Part shown: in pieces, positions 1-810 of the stretch
Numbering within the stretch: the first letter of the stretch is position 1
Layout of the letters: every line of letters begins with the position of its first letter
Assembly: GCF_003334785.1 (NCBI RefSeq)
Contig: NZ_QOWV01000072.1
Length of the DNA: 810 nucleotides
Strand: one strand, 5' to 3'
Source: Escherichia coli
GTDB taxonomy: Bacteria > Pseudomonadota > Gammaproteobacteria > Enterobacterales > Enterobacteriaceae
Program-made: the position numbers and the translations under genes
The notes under the pieces: model-generated
What the model saw: the letters and a program-made list of their open reading frames with translations, nothing else
Told to the model about the DNA's origin: nothing
Databases searched by the model: none

Positions 1-26
1 TGTAGATTCAATCTGTCAATGCAACA
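1..26. repeat. Terminal inverted repeat of IS30 (the end proximal to the transposase 3' end, conventionally IRR), about 26 bp
   Basis: Sequence tgtagattcaatctgtcaatgcaaca at the extreme window start. This matches my recollection of the IS30 inverted repeat (begins TGTAGATTCAAT, 26 bp, imperfect match to the other end). The partner repeat is outside the window, so the inverted-repeat relationship cannot be confirmed from this sequence alone. The transposase stop codon (8-10) lies inside this repeat. Confidence 0.7.
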
Positions 27-810
27 CCCCTTTCAATTATCTCTTTCGGTGTTTTGAACTTCAGTGTCTTTCTCGGTCTGTTGTTTAGCTGAGCAGCAAC
101 CAGATCTAGTTCATGTTGAGTATATTGGGCAAGACATGTCTTTTTAGGAAAGTACTGCCGAATTAGCCCATTTGTGTTCTCATTTGTTCCCCGCTGCCAA
201 GGACTCTGAGGATCGCAGAAGTAAACTTTAACGCCGGTGCTGACAGTAAATTCTAGATGTCTGGCCAGTTCCATTCCTCTGTCCCATGTCAGTGATTTTC
301 TGAGTTCTGACGGTAAACTCAGGAATTTGTCGGTAAGAGCCTGATTTACTGAGACAGAATCTTTGCCCCTGAGTCTAAGGATGATCGTATAACGTGATTT
401 TCGGTCTACAAGTGTGGCTATATGAGAGTTTTTTGTACCTGAGACTAAATCGCCCTCCCAATGCCCCAGAGAGCGTCTGTTATCGATATTTCGGGAACGT
501 TCGTGAATTGGTGTTCCGTTCACTATGTTAATCGTACCTCTTTCGCCTTTGCGGGTATGACGCCTGCCATGGCGAAGGCTATGCGACCGTCGCAGATGCT
601 GTATATTCAGGTGGTGTAGCGCTTCACGGCTACGAAAGTACAGCGTTTTATAAATTGTCTCAGGTGATATTCGCAGCGTTTTTTGACGTGGTTTTGTTCG
701 CCTTAACCATCCTGATATTTGCTCTGGAGACCATTTCATCTCCAGCTTTTCCAGAACAAGCTTTCGCAATGGTAAATTTTGATCCAGTAAGCACGGTTTT
801 GGCCTTTTCG
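8..810 (-). CDS. insI: IS30-family DDE transposase, 5'-partial (N-terminus beyond window end). Stop codon TGA at plus 8-10 is included. About 266 C-terminal codons are present.
   Basis: Six-frame track ORF 8..769 (253 aa plus stop). I translated the minus strand from 810 and the frame stays open for 13 more codons upstream of the track's first codon (K R P K P C L L D Q N L P, then L-R-K-L-V-L-E-K...). The track's 'M' is therefore an internal TTG (Leu) at 767-769, not the real start. Family motifs verified on the sequence: HWEGD (D at plus 449-451, gat on minus), WDRG (D at 281-283, gac on minus), NENTNG (E at 179-181, gag on minus), with exactly 33 residues between the second D and the E. 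The protein C-terminus ...KEIIERGVALTD-stop was confirmed by manual reverse-complement translation of bases 1-60. Gene symbol insI is the E. coli K-12 name for IS30 transposase, assigned from memory. Confidence 0.93.
   Translation of the reverse strand, partial: KRPKPCLLDQNLPLRKLVLEKLEMKWSPEQISGWLRRTKPRQKTLRISPETIYKTLYFRSREALHHLNIQHLRRSHSLRHGRRHTRKGERGTINIVNGTPIHERSRNIDNRRSLGHWEGDLVSGTKNSHIATLVDRKSRYTIILRLRGKDSVSVNQALTDKFLSLPSELRKSLTWDRGMELARHLEFTVSTGVKVYFCDPQSPWQRGTNENTNGLIRQYFPKKTCLAQYTQHELDLVAAQLNNRPRKTLKFKTPKEIIERGVALTD
179..451 (-). other. DDE catalytic core of the transposase (RNase H-like fold), spanning the three predicted catalytic residues
   Basis: Catalytic-candidate codons located directly on the sequence: D in LGHWEGD (plus 449-451), D in LTWDRG (plus 281-283), E in RGTNENTNG (plus 179-181). 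Spacing D-55-D-33-E in the translated protein, with the D(33)E spacing characteristic of the IS30 family. No frameshifts or stops interrupt the domain. Confidence 0.8.

Larger units (their letters stand above)
1..810 (-). mobile_element. IS30-type insertion sequence (IS30 family), partial. One terminus is at window position 1; the rest of the element (transposase N-terminus, 5' leader and opposite inverted repeat, roughly 400 bp if the element is the canonical ~1.2 kb) lies beyond position 810.
   Basis: The single long ORF fills the window and encodes an IS30-family transposase. The first 26 nt (tgtagattcaatctgtcaatgcaaca) match my recollection of the IS30 terminal inverted repeat. No non-IS sequence is present. 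Element length and missing portion are from established knowledge of IS30, not seen here. Confidence 0.9.

Noticed and set aside
240-245. ctgaca (5/6 match to the -35 consensus TTGACA) on the plus strand
   Set aside because: No -10-like hexamer at appropriate spacing downstream (positions 262-268 read tggccag). Rejected as a chance match.
561-574. Short palindrome gccatggc (566-573, contains an NcoI site) flanked by cgcc/ggcg
   Set aside because: Only an 8-bp perfect palindrome inside coding sequence (the RHGRRH region), with no adjacent T- or A-run to suggest a rho-independent terminator. Palindromes of this size are expected by chance.
121-655. AT-rich -10-like hexamers on the plus (antisense) strand: tatatt 121-126, tatatt 602-607, tataaa 649-654
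   Set aside because: None has a recognisable -35 element (TTGACA-like) at 16-18 bp spacing. Isolated TATA-like hexamers are common in coding sequence of this base composition, so there is not enough support to call a promoter.
641-682. 9-bp direct repeat cagcgtttt at 641-649 and 674-682 on the plus strand
   Set aside because: Both copies lie in the transposase frame and each encodes the tripeptide K-T-L (in QKTLRISPETIYKTLYF) with identical codons. This is a coincidental coding repeat, too short and too few copies to be a regulatory or CRISPR-like repeat.
767-769. TTG at the track ORF start as a possible alternative start codon
   Set aside because: The reading frame is open upstream to the window edge and IS30-family transposases are about 380 aa with an N-terminal DNA-binding region. 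This TTG is an internal leucine codon, not an initiation site.
1-810. Possibility of a novel defence or accessory system, a passenger gene, or a second ORF on the plus strand
   Set aside because: The six-frame track shows no other ORF of meaningful length, and the entire window is explained by the inverted repeat and transposase gene of a known IS. IS30 is a simple insertion sequence without cargo, and there is no unexplained sequence in which a system could reside.

Overview
The whole 810-bp window is an internal fragment of an IS30-type insertion sequence, read from its right terminus inward, and I see no novel system in it. The minus strand carries one gene: the C-terminal ~266 codons of an IS30-family DDE transposase, with its stop codon (TGA, plus 8-10) inside the element's terminal inverted repeat and its 5' end running off the window at 810. 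The protein shows the family hallmarks (HWEGD, WDRG, NENTNG; DD(33)E spacing) and matches, as far as I can recall without alignment, the canonical E. coli IS30 transposase. Bases 1-26 match my recollection of the IS30 terminal inverted repeat, so the element tip coincides with window position 1 and no flanking host DNA or target-site duplication is visible. No RNA genes, CRISPR repeats or additional ORFs are supported. All findings are low-novelty by design.
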